Assembly (NCBI GenBank): GCA_963842085.1
Contig: CAWJET010000001.1
Span: 2,464,001-2,528,000, forward strand
Direction of reading: 5' to 3'
DNA length: 64,000 nt
Source of the DNA: an uncultured delta proteobacterium
Lineage (GTDB): Bacteria; Desulfobacterota; Binatia; Binatales; Binataceae
The position numbers and the translations under genes are program-made. How positions within the stretch are numbered: position 1 is the first letter of the stretch; each line of letters begins with the position of its first letter. This document shows positions 29,613 to 39,349 of the stretch, piece by piece. The notes under the pieces were generated by a model, which saw only the letters and a program-made list of their open reading frames with translations, ran no database searches and was not told the DNA's origin.

Positions 29613-30193
29613 CGGGTAGCGGGCGCATATTGAGCGGATTCGTGCTCGCGGTGTTCCTGCTGTGCGGATGGCATGCGGCGGTTCCCGCCTACGCCCAAGC
29701 GTTGTCGTTGCCTCCGGGGGCGTCGGAGCCTATGAACGACGCCGAGCGCGCGCTTGTCGCGTCGCATCCGAAGGAATGGGCACAGCTCAGTCCGGACCAG
29801 CGTCAGCGCGTGCTCGAGAACTACCGGCGATGGCAGGCGATGAAGCCCGAAGAGCGCCTGCGAGTGCAGCAGAACTTCCAGACGTTCCGCAATCTGCCGC
29901 CGGAAGAACGCAAGCGGGTACTCGAAGGATTGCGCAAGTGGCGTCAGCTCCCCGAGGCGCGGCGCGACGAATTGCAGCATGAGTATGCGCGCTGGCGGGG
30001 TCTGCCGCCCGATCAGCGCGATCGGATGATGAAGCGATACCAGCAATTCGAGCAGCTTCCGCCGGAGCAGCGCGAACGGATGCTCACGAACTGGCATCGC
30101 TGGCAGCAAATGACGCCGGAGCAGCGGCGCGAGGCGCGCCGGCGGCTGGGATTGTGGCGTCAGCATCCGCGCCAGACGCCCCCGGGTCCGTAG
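29609..30193 (+). CDS. DUF3106 domain-containing protein
   Basis: Repeated W..L.PE/DQR helices; typical ECF-associated gene. Confidence 0.82.
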   Translation: MTGSGRILSGFVLAVFLLCGWHAAVPAYAQALSLPPGASEPMNDAERALVASHPKEWAQLSPDQRQRVLENYRRWQAMKPEERLRVQQNFQTFRNLPPEERKRVLEGLRKWRQLPEARRDELQHEYARWRGLPPDQRDRMMKRYQQFEQLPPEQRERMLTNWHRWQQMTPEQRREARRRLGLWRQHPRQTPPGP

Positions 30194-30279
30194 GCGGCGG
30201 CAATAGAAGTCGAACTCAATCGCGGTGAAACCGCGTGCAGGTTTCACATCTGATCGTGAGCCGCGCCGCCGCGTCCGCG

Positions 30280-31239
30280 TTAGAGACCCTTCAAGAACTC
30301 GATCAGGACCTCATTGATTTCCTTGGGGCGTTCTTGCTGCACCCAATGACCTGCGCCGGGGACTATTACCTTCTTCTTCAGATTGGGAGTGAAGGCTCCC
30401 GCCAACTCGTAGCCGCCGGGAAGCATTTTGCCGACCACGTCATGCTCACCGGCGGCGAAGACTGCCGGCTGGCGCAGCTTCGCGCCGTCGAGGAACGGCG
30501 TCAGCTCCCAGTTGCGATCGAAATTGCGATACCAGTTGACGCCGCCGCGAAAGCCCGCACGCTTGAACTCGCCGGCGAAGAAATCGAGGTCGGCCTCCGT
30601 CAGCCAAGGCGGCAGCTTCTCCGGCACCATCCCGGTCTCGATAAACTTTTTGGTCTTGGGGAACAGGAACGAGAACTCCCCTTCGCGCGGCGCATCGCCC
30701 GATGCCGAGTACAGGATCATCGCCATCGAGCGGCGCGGATCGGCGTCGAGTTCCTTCTCGACCTTGCCCGGCTCCTGGAAATAGAGCTGGTAAAAATTCT
30801 GGTCGCCGGCGAGCGCCTTCATCCCGTCGGTCGGACGCAGCGGAGTGCGCGGAAGGTATGGAACGCTGAGCAGCGCGATCGCGCGAAAGATGTCGGGGCG
30901 CAGCAGCGCCGAGTTCCACGCGACCGGCGCGCCCCAATCGTGACCGGCGATCACTGCCGACTCGACGCCAAGGCTGTTGACCAGCCCGACGATATCGCCG
31001 ACCAGGTTAAGGATGTTGTACGACTCGATCGGCGCAGGCGCGTCGGTCTGCCCGTAGCCGCGCTGGTCGGGCACCACGACGCGAAAACCCGCCGCTGCGA
31101 GCGCGGGAATCTGATGCCGCCACGAGTACCACGACTCGGGCCATCCGTGGCACAACACCACGAGCGGCCCCGCGCCCTGCTCGACGAAATGCATCCGGAT
31201 GCCATTGGTGTTGACGAATTTGTGCCGCAGCTCAGACAT
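30280..31239 (-). CDS. Epoxide hydrolase-like alpha/beta hydrolase
   Basis: HGWPESWYSW; GHDWGA; NWYRN; GHWVQQE. Confidence 0.92.
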   Translation of the reverse strand: MSELRHKFVNTNGIRMHFVEQGAGPLVVLCHGWPESWYSWRHQIPALAAAGFRVVVPDQRGYGQTDAPAPIESYNILNLVGDIVGLVNSLGVESAVIAGHDWGAPVAWNSALLRPDIFRAIALLSVPYLPRTPLRPTDGMKALAGDQNFYQLYFQEPGKVEKELDADPRRSMAMILYSASGDAPREGEFSFLFPKTKKFIETGMVPEKLPPWLTEADLDFFAGEFKRAGFRGGVNWYRNFDRNWELTPFLDGAKLRQPAVFAAGEHDVVGKMLPGGYELAGAFTPNLKKKVIVPGAGHWVQQERPKEINEVLIEFLKGL

Positions 31240-31285
31240 CGGGCTTTACTCCGTCTTTAAATTGGGTGCAGGGGTAACCCCCCGC

Positions 31286-32260
31286 CTACGAATGCTTGAG
31301 CCTTTTGATTTCCTCGGCCATCTCGGGGACCGCCTTGAACAGATCGGCGACCAGGCCGTAGTCGGCGACCGCGAAAATCGGCGCCTCTTCGTCTTTGTTG
31401 ATCGCGCAGATAACCTTCGAGTCTTTCATCCCCGCCAGATGCTGAATCGCGCCCGAGATTCCGACCGCGATGTAGAGTTCAGGCGCAACCACCTTGCCCG
31501 TCTGTCCAACTTGCAGGTCGTTGGGCACGAAGCCGGCATCGACCGCCGCGCGCGACGCGCCCATCGCAGCGCCCATCTCATCAACCAGCGGCTCGAGCAC
31601 GGTCTTGAAGTTCTCGCCCGACTTGAGGCCGCGTCCGCCGGAGACGATGATCCGCGCTTCGGTGAGCTGCGGGCGGTCGCTCTTGGTCGCGTTGAACGAG
31701 ACGAATTCCATCTTGAGCGCGCCCGCGTCGATCTCGGCATCCTGCTTTTCGACCGGAGCGGCAGCGTCGCCCGGCTTGGCGGCGTCGAACGCGGTGCCGC
31801 GCACCGTCAATACTTTAATCGGCCCGTCGAGTTCGACCGTCGCCATCACGTTGCCGGCGTAGGTCGGGCGCACGAAGGTATGGTCGTCGCTGATCGCGGT
31901 GATTTCCGACGCCATCGGAGCGCCAAGTCGCGCGGCCAGCCGTGGAAACAAGTCCTTGCCCATCGCAGTCGCGGTCGCGAGAACAAATTCCGCGCCTTCT
32001 TTCTTCGCCAGCGCGGCAAGGGCCTGCGCGTGCGCGTCGGCTAGGTAGTTTTTCAATGTGGGATGCGCCAGCGCGATTACCTTGGCGACGCCGTACCTGG
32101 CGATCTCGCCCGCTGCCGCCTCGGGCGCGTCGCCCGCGACGACCGCGACCGCCTTGCCGCCGCGCTTCTTCGCCAGCTCGAGGCCTGCATGAACGGCGAC
32201 CAGCGTAGTCTTGGGAAAGTGTCCCCCCTGATGCTCCGCGAAAATCAGAACGTCACCCAT
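31286..32260 (-). CDS. etfA: Electron transfer flavoprotein alpha subunit
   Basis: IIVSGGRG; GASRAAVDAG; QVGQTGK; GISGAIQHLAG. Confidence 0.96.
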   Translation of the reverse strand: MGDVLIFAEHQGGHFPKTTLVAVHAGLELAKKRGGKAVAVVAGDAPEAAAGEIARYGVAKVIALAHPTLKNYLADAHAQALAALAKKEGAEFVLATATAMGKDLFPRLAARLGAPMASEITAISDDHTFVRPTYAGNVMATVELDGPIKVLTVRGTAFDAAKPGDAAAPVEKQDAEIDAGALKMEFVSFNATKSDRPQLTEARIIVSGGRGLKSGENFKTVLEPLVDEMGAAMGASRAAVDAGFVPNDLQVGQTGKVVAPELYIAVGISGAIQHLAGMKDSKVICAINKDEEAPIFAVADYGLVADLFKAVPEMAEEIKRLKHS

Positions 32261-32285
32261 ATCAATTACTCCGCGTTCGCGATCG

Positions 32286-32443
32286 TAGCAGCCTGTTGAT
32301 GAATCACAGGCTGCCCCCCTCTCTTGTCTACCCCGCAAAAGAGCGGGAGAGAAGATTAGGGAAGGCAGCCAGTTTTACGCAGGGTGTTGAGAGCGAAATC
32401 ACGGAATGATTCTTTGTCGGCACTTTCTCAAACACCCTGCTAG
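32286..32443. mobile_element. MITE/REP-like insertion between etfB and etfA
   Basis: Inverted ends TAGCAGCCTGTTGA / GCAGGGTGTTGAGA versus TCTCAAACACCCTGCTAG; internal hairpins; no coding capacity. Confidence 0.5.
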
Positions 32444-32451
32444 GTTCGCAA

Positions 32452-33198
32452 TCAAATCACCTTGGCTTCGGTGTGAAGGACCGACACCAGCTCCTGCACC
32501 GACGCGACCTTGCGCCCGGCCTGGCGCTTGGGCGGAGCGGCGAGAGTCTTTATCTTGAGCTTGGGCGCGAGATCGACGCCGAGGCTGTCGGCCGCGACCT
32601 CTTTCAGCTCTTTCTTGCGCGCCTTCATGATTCCCGGCAGCGACGCGTAGCGTGGCTCGTTGAGGCGCAGGTCGGTGGTGATGACGGCGGGCAGCTTGAA
32701 AGCTACCGTCTCGAGACCGCCGTCAACTTCGCGCACGACTGAAGTTTTGTCGGCGCCGATTTCGACCTTCGATGCGAACGTCGCCTGCGGCCATCCGAGC
32801 ATCTCGGCGAGCATCTGGCCGACCTGGTTCGAGTCGTCGTCGATAGCCTGCTTGCCCAGGATGATGAGGTCGGGCTTCTCGTCGCCGGCGACTTTTGCAA
32901 GGATCCGCGCGATCGCGAGCGAGTCTAGCGCGGCGTCGGTCTTGACCAGGATCGCGCGGTCGGCGCCCATCGCGAGCCCCGTGCGCAATTGCTCCTGCCA
33001 GGTCGATTGGCCGACGGTGATGAGGATGACCTCGCCGGTCTGTTTCTCCTTGATGCGGAGCGCCTCTTCGATCGCGATTTCGCAAAACGGGTTGATGACC
33101 CATTTGACGTTATCGGTCGCGATGCCGGTGCCGTCGGGCAGTACGCGGATGGTGGTCGCTGGATCGGGAACTCGCTTGATCGGAACCAGGATTTTCAA
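32452..33198 (-). CDS. etfB: Electron transfer flavoprotein beta subunit
   Basis: KRVPD; INPFCEIAIEEA; GKQAIDDD; LNEPRYASL. Confidence 0.96.
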   Translation of the reverse strand: MKILVPIKRVPDPATTIRVLPDGTGIATDNVKWVINPFCEIAIEEALRIKEKQTGEVILITVGQSTWQEQLRTGLAMGADRAILVKTDAALDSLAIARILAKVAGDEKPDLIILGKQAIDDDSNQVGQMLAEMLGWPQATFASKVEIGADKTSVVREVDGGLETVAFKLPAVITTDLRLNEPRYASLPGIMKARKKELKEVAADSLGVDLAPKLKIKTLAAPPKRQAGRKVASVQELVSVLHTEAKVI

Positions 33199-33402
33199 AG
33201 CCTTATAACTCCACGCATTCGTTGATGCATCGATTGAATCTGAACAGACGAGGTTGCCCAGGGAACAGAGCCGACAAACGCAATTTCTCTAACAACGGTC
33301 GGCCGATCAGTCAAACGATACTAATGGCCGCGCGCCGGCGCAAATCTGAATTCTTGCCATGATTGCTCCTCTCAAGAGAGGTTCCGATGAGAACATTTGA
33401 TC

Positions 33403-33481
33403 GCGACATATACTATTAGTCGCGGGTCTGACGGAGGACGCACACCATCGGTAGTTTCGTTCCGTCAAATTTTGTTTTTCG
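33403..33481 (-). repeat. Dispersed promoter-like repeat, copy 2 (upstream of etfB)
   Basis: Reverse complement CGAAAAACAAAATTTGACGGAACGAAACTACCGATGGTGTGCG matches 21667-21713. Confidence 0.75.
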
Positions 33482-33718
33482 CGGGAGTGCTTCGCGGAAT
33501 GTTCGCGGTCGAAGAATTGCGGGCCGGTCGCGCTCGTTGAGCGGTGGCCATTGGTGGGGAATATATCAGAGTCGGAGCCGCGCTGCCATCTAAAGGTTCA
33601 TCTGGCTTAACTACCGGTTGAGAGAATGGCTCTGTTCCTGGTCGGCCATTCAGTCGAACAAACTAACGGGCGAACGCCGACGCGAAGGTCGGGGGCGCAA
33701 ACCCGGCATACATTTCCT

Positions 33719-34333
33719 TTATCCGGCCCCAATTCCGAGAATCGTAGCGACCAATGCTGCCCGGGCGTAAAACGCCCGAGATGTGCCCCAATGTCCGGCC
33801 CCCTTCGTGCGCGGCTGCACCATGATTCCCATCGAGCCACTGAGGCGCTCGAATCCCTTTATGCGGATCACCTCTCGGATCAAGTCGTAGTCGGCCTTGA
33901 TTTGTTGATAGAGTTCCTTGTCACCAAGATCGAACGACGCAACGAGATGACAGAGAGACCGGGTCTCCGCCTTGCTCTCAAAAACCCGCGCGACGACGAC
34001 CATTCGCTGTAACTTCAAGAACAGATGGCTGTCTTGAAATTCTTTAGCAGCCACTTCGACGGGATCGATCATCGTGATGGCCATCGTCTCCTTCACCTTG
34101 AATGTACCATTAGGCAGGGCGCGCACCGGGACAACCTTAAGTTCCCACGAGCCGAAGTTCGGAGAACGAGAAGAATTGAGCGGAAGTCCTAGGTAGCGTT
34201 CAATGGTGTGGCCTGCCCAACCCTTATTAATGCGGTCACCCTTCCACATCGTGACGCCATAACCATTGGCGAGACCGACCAGATCAAGCCCGACCAGCTT
34301 TCCAAGAAGAGCCAAGGCCTCGGACCGATCCAC
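33719..34333 (-). CDS. MutH/Sau3AI/MvaI-like PD-(D/E)xK endonuclease, single domain
   Basis: NKGWAGHTIERYLG...PNFGSWELKVVP...KETMAIT and QPRTKG...RAFYAR parallel MutH motifs. Confidence 0.75.
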   Translation of the reverse strand: MDRSEALALLGKLVGLDLVGLANGYGVTMWKGDRINKGWAGHTIERYLGLPLNSSRSPNFGSWELKVVPVRALPNGTFKVKETMAITMIDPVEVAAKEFQDSHLFLKLQRMVVVARVFESKAETRSLCHLVASFDLGDKELYQQIKADYDLIREVIRIKGFERLSGSMGIMVQPRTKGAGHWGTSRAFYARAALVATILGIGAG

Positions 34334-34340
34334 CGGGAGC

Positions 34341-35216
34341 CTACGCTTTCGAGAACAGAGTCTGTTGGCCCTTTCTCACAACGGGTGAAGTCGAGGACCT
34401 GCCTATCGCGAGCTGATCAGGGACCGTCTCACTCAACCGGCGGACTGCGAGTTGAGCATAGGTCTGGTTCTGCTCATAGCCCACGAAGGAGCGGCCAAGC
34501 TTCAACGCCGCCACGCCCGTGGACCCTGATCCTGTGAAGGGATCCAACACCAAGTCGCCGGGATCGGTTGTGGCACGAAGGCAGCGCGCGATGAGTTCCA
34601 CGGGTTTCTGCGTCGGGTGTTTTCCCAACCGCTTCTCCTCATCGGAAGGCGGCGAAAAGTGCCAAACATTTTTCATTTGTTTTCCACCGTTCTCCGCCTT
34701 CATGATCTCATAGTTGAACTTGTGCCGGTCCTTACCACCCTTCTTCGCCTTAGTCGCCCAGAGGAGAATCTCAGTCGAATGTGTGAAGCATCTACAACCG
34801 AGATTGGGCGGGGGCGCCGGCTTTTCCCACACGATATCGTTCAGGATCCGATAGCCAATTTGCTGCATCGCCATACCGACGCTCAGATAAACGTGAAGCG
34901 TGCCGCTGACCCAAATTGATCCACCGGGTTTGAGAATTCGATAGCAGGCTCCAAGCCAAGTACGGTTGAACTCATGATCCAGATCTATGCCCCTGCTCCT
35001 GTCCCATTCACCCTTGTTCACTTTGACCATACGGCCAGCGATGCACGTAACGCCGTCGTTGGAGAGCAGATACGGCGGGTCCGTCCAAATACAATCGACA
35101 CTTTCTTCCGCTAGGGCCTTCATTAAGGCCAGAGAATCCCCGACCTGCAAATAGGATTTGCCCTCTTCGCTTTTCCAAATGATGCTTCGGTCTCGGTCAG
35201 GGGCTGCGTTATTCAC
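34341..35216 (-). CDS. Beta-class N6/N4 DNA methyltransferase, DpnA-like
   Basis: DPPYLLSNDG...VNKGEWD; FTHSTE; HPTQKP; DPFTGSGST. Catalytic motif precedes the SAM motif. Confidence 0.9.
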   Translation of the reverse strand: MNNAAPDRDRSIIWKSEEGKSYLQVGDSLALMKALAEESVDCIWTDPPYLLSNDGVTCIAGRMVKVNKGEWDRSRGIDLDHEFNRTWLGACYRILKPGGSIWVSGTLHVYLSVGMAMQQIGYRILNDIVWEKPAPPPNLGCRCFTHSTEILLWATKAKKGGKDRHKFNYEIMKAENGGKQMKNVWHFSPPSDEEKRLGKHPTQKPVELIARCLRATTDPGDLVLDPFTGSGSTGVAALKLGRSFVGYEQNQTYAQLAVRRLSETVPDQLAIGRSSTSPVVRKGQQTLFSKA

Positions 35217-35407
35217 CGGATCACACCTCTATAGTCTATGATTGCCTGCTCGCATGGCGCTTTCAATGAGCCTGATGACGCAGATCCACAGCCTACCGAC
35301 GAGATGCTTCGGTTAGGTTCGATGACCTGAATGACCACGGCGGCGCACCTCGGTGCGCGCGTTACAAATGCATGAGGCGCACATTCGGAATCTCGGCAGA
35401 TTTGGTC

Positions 35408-35734
35408 CCTCACCCGACGCTCGAAGACGAGCGTCGGCCTCGCCCGACATGGGGCGAGGCAATTCAGGAAGGAGCCGGGATTCTTCGCTTCGCTCTGAAT
35501 GACACAAGGACCGAGAGACAGAAAAAAAGACCAAGCGGGCGCGTGTGCTGGGATCGCGGAACCCTCACCTGCCGGCCGCGTTGCGTCCGGCCGCCTCTCC
35601 CGTAACACGGGCGAGGTTAGGAGCCGGGATTCTTTCCTTCGCTCTGAATGACACGAAAGGAATTGGGTGCAGGGGTCCGCGCCGGTGGCGTCACCCCTGC
35701 CCAGGGAAGTGCGAAACCCACGGTGGGGTTCGCA
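35408..35734. repeat. BIME-like mosaic of REP-type palindromes
   Basis: Alternating CCCTCACC...GGCGAGG hairpins and 36-bp AGGAGCCGGGATTCTT(CG/TC)CTTCGCTCTGAATGACAC units (35470, 35619); AATTGGGTGCAGGGGT also occurs at 31260. Confidence 0.75.
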
Positions 35735-35776
35735 TACAATCGTCAGTCGTTCACTACGCGCCCAGCGCGTGTGAAC

Positions 35777-36559
35777 TTACTCGTTGAATCCGAGGCGATG
35801 CGACAGTTCGCGGCCGGCGTCGAGGAGGCTTGGGGCGATTTCGGCGGTGATTCGTTCCGGGCCGATGCGGTAGGTTGGGCCGGCAACTGCGACGGAGCCG
35901 ACGACCGAGCGCGTGTAGTCGCGAATCGGGACCGCGACCGACGACACTTCTTCGATGAATTCGCCCGAATCCACCGCGTAGCCGTCGCGCGCGACTGCTT
36001 CGAGTTGTGCGAGCAGAGTCGCGCGATCGACGATCGTTCGATCGGTGAAGCGCTTCAGCGTCTCGGGCAGCGCGGATTTGAGCTGACTTTCGGCGTCGAA
36101 GGCGAGATGCGCCTTGCCGGCCGCGGTACAATGGAGCGGCAGCGTGATTCCGATTGGCGGCGTGATACGCACGGCGCGATCCTCGGCCTCCGCTGCTTCG
36201 AGCGGCACGACGCCGTCGCGCCGGACGATCGCGACGTACGCGCTTTCGCGGCATTTGCGGGCGACGTCGGCGAGGATGGGGCGCGCTTGCCTGACGAGAC
36301 CCATATGATGGATGTAGCGGCGTCCGAGGTGCAGGCACTTGATGCCGAGGCGATAATTTTCGGTGGCTTTGTTTTGTTCGATGTAACCGCGCGCTTCGAG
36401 CGTCGCGAGCAGCCGGAAGACGTTGTTCTTGTGCAGCTTGAGGCGCTTGGAAAGTTCCGTAACGCCGAGTTCATCGACGTCGCCGAAAAACTGTTCGACC
36501 ACGTCGAGCGCGTGCGCGACGGATTGGATGACGTAGTTGGTTTTGTCGCGTCGGACCAT
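35777..36559 (-). CDS. IclR family transcriptional regulator
   Basis: IQSVAHAL...LGVTELS...VFRLLATL; LHCTAAGKA; VAVPIRD. Confidence 0.93.
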   Translation of the reverse strand: MVRRDKTNYVIQSVAHALDVVEQFFGDVDELGVTELSKRLKLHKNNVFRLLATLEARGYIEQNKATENYRLGIKCLHLGRRYIHHMGLVRQARPILADVARKCRESAYVAIVRRDGVVPLEAAEAEDRAVRITPPIGITLPLHCTAAGKAHLAFDAESQLKSALPETLKRFTDRTIVDRATLLAQLEAVARDGYAVDSGEFIEEVSSVAVPIRDYTRSVVGSVAVAGPTYRIGPERITAEIAPSLLDAGRELSHRLGFNE

Positions 36560-36748
36560 CGTGTTTCGGCTGCCGTGCTGGCGATTCGTGAGACTCGTGC
36601 AGCGCGGTATGTAAAAGTGTTTTACTTTAAGTGACAGGCGCGAAGTCTGTCAACGATGCTCGGCAAATTCTCGGAAAATCGCGCTAAATGGCTGATATTC
36701 AAAGAGAAAAGAAAACTATCAACCGGGCGTCAAAACAGGATTTCAGAC

Positions 36749-37390
36749 ATGCCCAGACAACTTCCTGCCGATTTTTTCAGACGTGTTGATGACGACGATG
36801 ATGAGGTATTTTACTCGGTCCCGCGGCTCGTCACCCATATCGACGACGGTGCGATCGCGAAAGTCGGCGAGATTTACGCGCAACTGCTGCCGCAAGGCGG
36901 TGCGATTCTCGACCTGATGAGCAGTTGGCGGTCGCATCTGCCGGCGCATCTCCGGCCGTCGCGAGTGGTCGGACTCGGTATGAATCGCGCTGAGATGGAA
37001 GATAATCCGGCCCTCAGCGAGATCGTTGTCCATAATCTCAATCGCGGGCCGCGGATGCCGTTGGCCGATGCCGAGTTCGACGGCGCGGTGGCTACGGTCT
37101 CGGTGCAGTACATGACGCGGCCGCCCGAGACGTTCGCCGAAGTCGCACGGGTGCTCAAGCCGGGCGCGCCGTTCGTCGTGACCTTTTCGAACCGGATGTT
37201 CCCGACCAAGGCGGTGGCGATTTGGCAGCATCTCGACGACTACGACCGCGGCAAGCTGGTCGGCGGCTACTTTATGGAGAGCGGCGCGTTTGAGAATATA
37301 GATTTCATTGACCGAAGCGCGCCGACTACGCCGCCGTCGGATCCGATTTGGGCGGTGGTCGGGTACAAGACGCGCGAGGGACAGAGTTGA
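36749..37390 (+). CDS. Class I SAM-dependent methyltransferase
   Basis: FYSVPRLVTHID; LDLMSSWRSHLP; VSVQYM; TFSNRMFPTKA. Confidence 0.87.
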   Translation: MPRQLPADFFRRVDDDDDEVFYSVPRLVTHIDDGAIAKVGEIYAQLLPQGGAILDLMSSWRSHLPAHLRPSRVVGLGMNRAEMEDNPALSEIVVHNLNRGPRMPLADAEFDGAVATVSVQYMTRPPETFAEVARVLKPGAPFVVTFSNRMFPTKAVAIWQHLDDYDRGKLVGGYFMESGAFENIDFIDRSAPTTPPSDPIWAVVGYKTREGQS

Positions 37391-37773
37391 TCAAAAATCG
37401 CGGCATGCGTCATCTGGCGCTCAAGGTTTCCGATGTCGAGCGCGCCAAGGATTTCTACGTTCGCGTATTCGGGATGAAGATTGTCTGGCAGCCCGACGCG
37501 GACAACGCGTACCTGAGCTCGGGATGCGACAACCTCGCGCTTCATCGAGGCGACTTTGGCGGCGACGCGCAGCGCCTGGACCATCTCGGGTTTATCGTGC
37601 CGACCATCGCCGACGTCGAGGCGGGATACGCGTGGGCGAAGAGCGTCGGCGTCGAGATCGTGCAGGAGCTCAAGCGTCATCGCGACGGCTCGGTGTCGTT
37701 CTACATTCGCGATCCCGACGGCAACGTGATCCAGGCGCTCTACGAACCGACGATCAGCCCGCTTTTTCAGTGA
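37387..37773 (+). CDS. VOC/glyoxalase family protein
   Basis: HLALKVSDVE; DHLGF; FYIRDPDGNVIQ. Confidence 0.9.
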   Translation: MIKNRGMRHLALKVSDVERAKDFYVRVFGMKIVWQPDADNAYLSSGCDNLALHRGDFGGDAQRLDHLGFIVPTIADVEAGYAWAKSVGVEIVQELKRHRDGSVSFYIRDPDGNVIQALYEPTISPLFQ

Positions 37774-37826
37774 AGGTTTGTTCAGTAAAGCTTTTTTCAG
37801 GAAAGGTTTTTTCAGTAAAGTTCAGT
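37763..37826 (+). repeat. 15-bp-period tandem repeat
   Basis: About 4 copies of TTTTTCAG(T/G)(G/A)AAG(G/C)T between the VOC and AKR genes. Confidence 0.75.
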
Positions 37827-37871
37827 CCTGACGGCGCGACGGGCCCGCGAATTACTCACAGGAGAAACCGC

Positions 37872-38987
37872 ATGATGCTCAAAGGGCGCGCGACCGCCGA
37901 AGCTACGGCAGCATACGCGAGCCGGTTCCCGCAGCTGCCGGGAAATTTCCGGCCGGCGCTGGGAGTGTCGGTTTCATCGATCGGAATCGGCACGTACCTG
38001 GGCGAGCCCGACGACGAAACGGACGCATCGTACGAAGAAGCGATCAGGGCGAGCCTGCGCGGCGGGATCAACCTGATCGACACTGCGGTGAACTACCGCT
38101 TCCAGCGCAGCGAACGGAATATTGGCAAAGCGCTCGGCGAGATGGTGGCGGCGGGCGAGATAGAGCGCGAGCAGGTGGTCGTCGCGACCAAGGGCGGTTA
38201 CATCACGTTCGACGGCGGCGTGCCGTCCAACCCGCGTGCGTGGTTCGAAGAGCATTACGTGAAGACCGGAATCGTCGCACCCGCCGACCTGGTTGACGGC
38301 TCGCACTGCATGACGCCGAAGTACATCGGCGCGATGCTCGAACTGTCGCGCCGCAATCTCAATCTCGAGACGATCGACATCTACTACATTCACAATCCGG
38401 AGACGCAGCTCGAAGCGATCGAGCGCAAGGAGTTCCTGGCGCGAATCGCGATGACTTTCGAGTTTCTCGAGGGCGCGGTGGCCGGCGGAAAGATCGTCGT
38501 GTACGGGACCGCGACCTGGAACGGTTTCCGCGCGGCGCCAACTGAGCGCGGATGGCTGTCGCTCGACGAGCTGATGCGAGTCGCGCGCGAGGTCGCCGGC
38601 GACGCGCATCACTTTCGCGCGATTCAACTGCCGTACAATCTTGCGATGCCGGAGGCGGTCACGCGCTCGAACCAGTTCGTGCATGCCGGCAAGGCGACAC
38701 CGCTGGCGGCGGCGAAGGCGCTCGGCCTTGCCGTTTGCGCGAGCGCGTCGCTGCTGCAGGGACAGTTATCGCGCGGGCTGCCGCCGATAGTCGCGAATGC
38801 GTTCGGCGGTTTCGCCACCGATGCACAGCGATCGATTCAGTTCGTGCGTTCGACCCCGGGTGTAGATGTGGCGCTGGTCGGAATGAAGTCGGTGGATCAC
38901 GTCCGCGACACGCTCGACACGGCGCGCAGGCCGCCGGCGACGCTCGACGAGCTGATGCGGCTGTTCCAGCATGGCAACGAGCCGTAG
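37872..38987 (+). CDS. Aldo/keto reductase
   Basis: SIGIGTYLG; IDTAVNY; VATKGG; IDIYYIHNPE; QLPYN; AGGAG RBS. Confidence 0.9.
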   Translation: MMLKGRATAEATAAYASRFPQLPGNFRPALGVSVSSIGIGTYLGEPDDETDASYEEAIRASLRGGINLIDTAVNYRFQRSERNIGKALGEMVAAGEIEREQVVVATKGGYITFDGGVPSNPRAWFEEHYVKTGIVAPADLVDGSHCMTPKYIGAMLELSRRNLNLETIDIYYIHNPETQLEAIERKEFLARIAMTFEFLEGAVAGGKIVVYGTATWNGFRAAPTERGWLSLDELMRVAREVAGDAHHFRAIQLPYNLAMPEAVTRSNQFVHAGKATPLAAAKALGLAVCASASLLQGQLSRGLPPIVANAFGGFATDAQRSIQFVRSTPGVDVALVGMKSVDHVRDTLDTARRPPATLDELMRLFQHGNEP

Positions 38988-39044
38988 GCGGGTCCCGGAT
39001 TATCCGTAGGAGTGTGAATAGCGAAGGGTGTAGAGTGCTTGCCG

Positions 39045-39341
39045 ATGGCGACCACCGTCAAGAAGTGGGAAGAAGCCTGGAGCCGGCTCATCAAGGCGCG
39101 GGAAAAATTACGCTCCTACGAACGCGACCATGCCATCGTCAGGCACATTCTGATTCTGGACAATACCAAGCCCGGCGAAACGATAAGTCTCGACTACGCG
39201 TTTGGCGAACCGTCACCGCCCATTGAAGTTCTGAAAGCGCTTCAGAATTTCGATAAGGCGCTGCGACAGGAGGAAGGCGTTTTTCGGCAACTTGGTATGG
39301 CCGAGATGGCCGTGGTTGCGGCCAAGCGGAAATTCGCATAG
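39045..39341 (+). CDS. Hypothetical protein
   Basis: 98-aa ORF with lower GC and plausible composition; no motif recognised. Confidence 0.5.
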   Translation: MATTVKKWEEAWSRLIKAREKLRSYERDHAIVRHILILDNTKPGETISLDYAFGEPSPPIEVLKALQNFDKALRQEEGVFRQLGMAEMAVVAAKRKFA

Positions 39342-39349
39342 ACATCTCA

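Noticed and set aside
35470-35654. Two 36-bp direct repeats as a possible CRISPR array
   Set aside because: Only two units, a 113-bp structured spacer, no cas genes; the sequence fits a REP-like family.
37308-37871. ORF-track extension of the aldo/keto reductase, including repeat-encoded FSVK units
   Set aside because: Overlaps the VOC gene; the real start has an AGGAG RBS at 37872.
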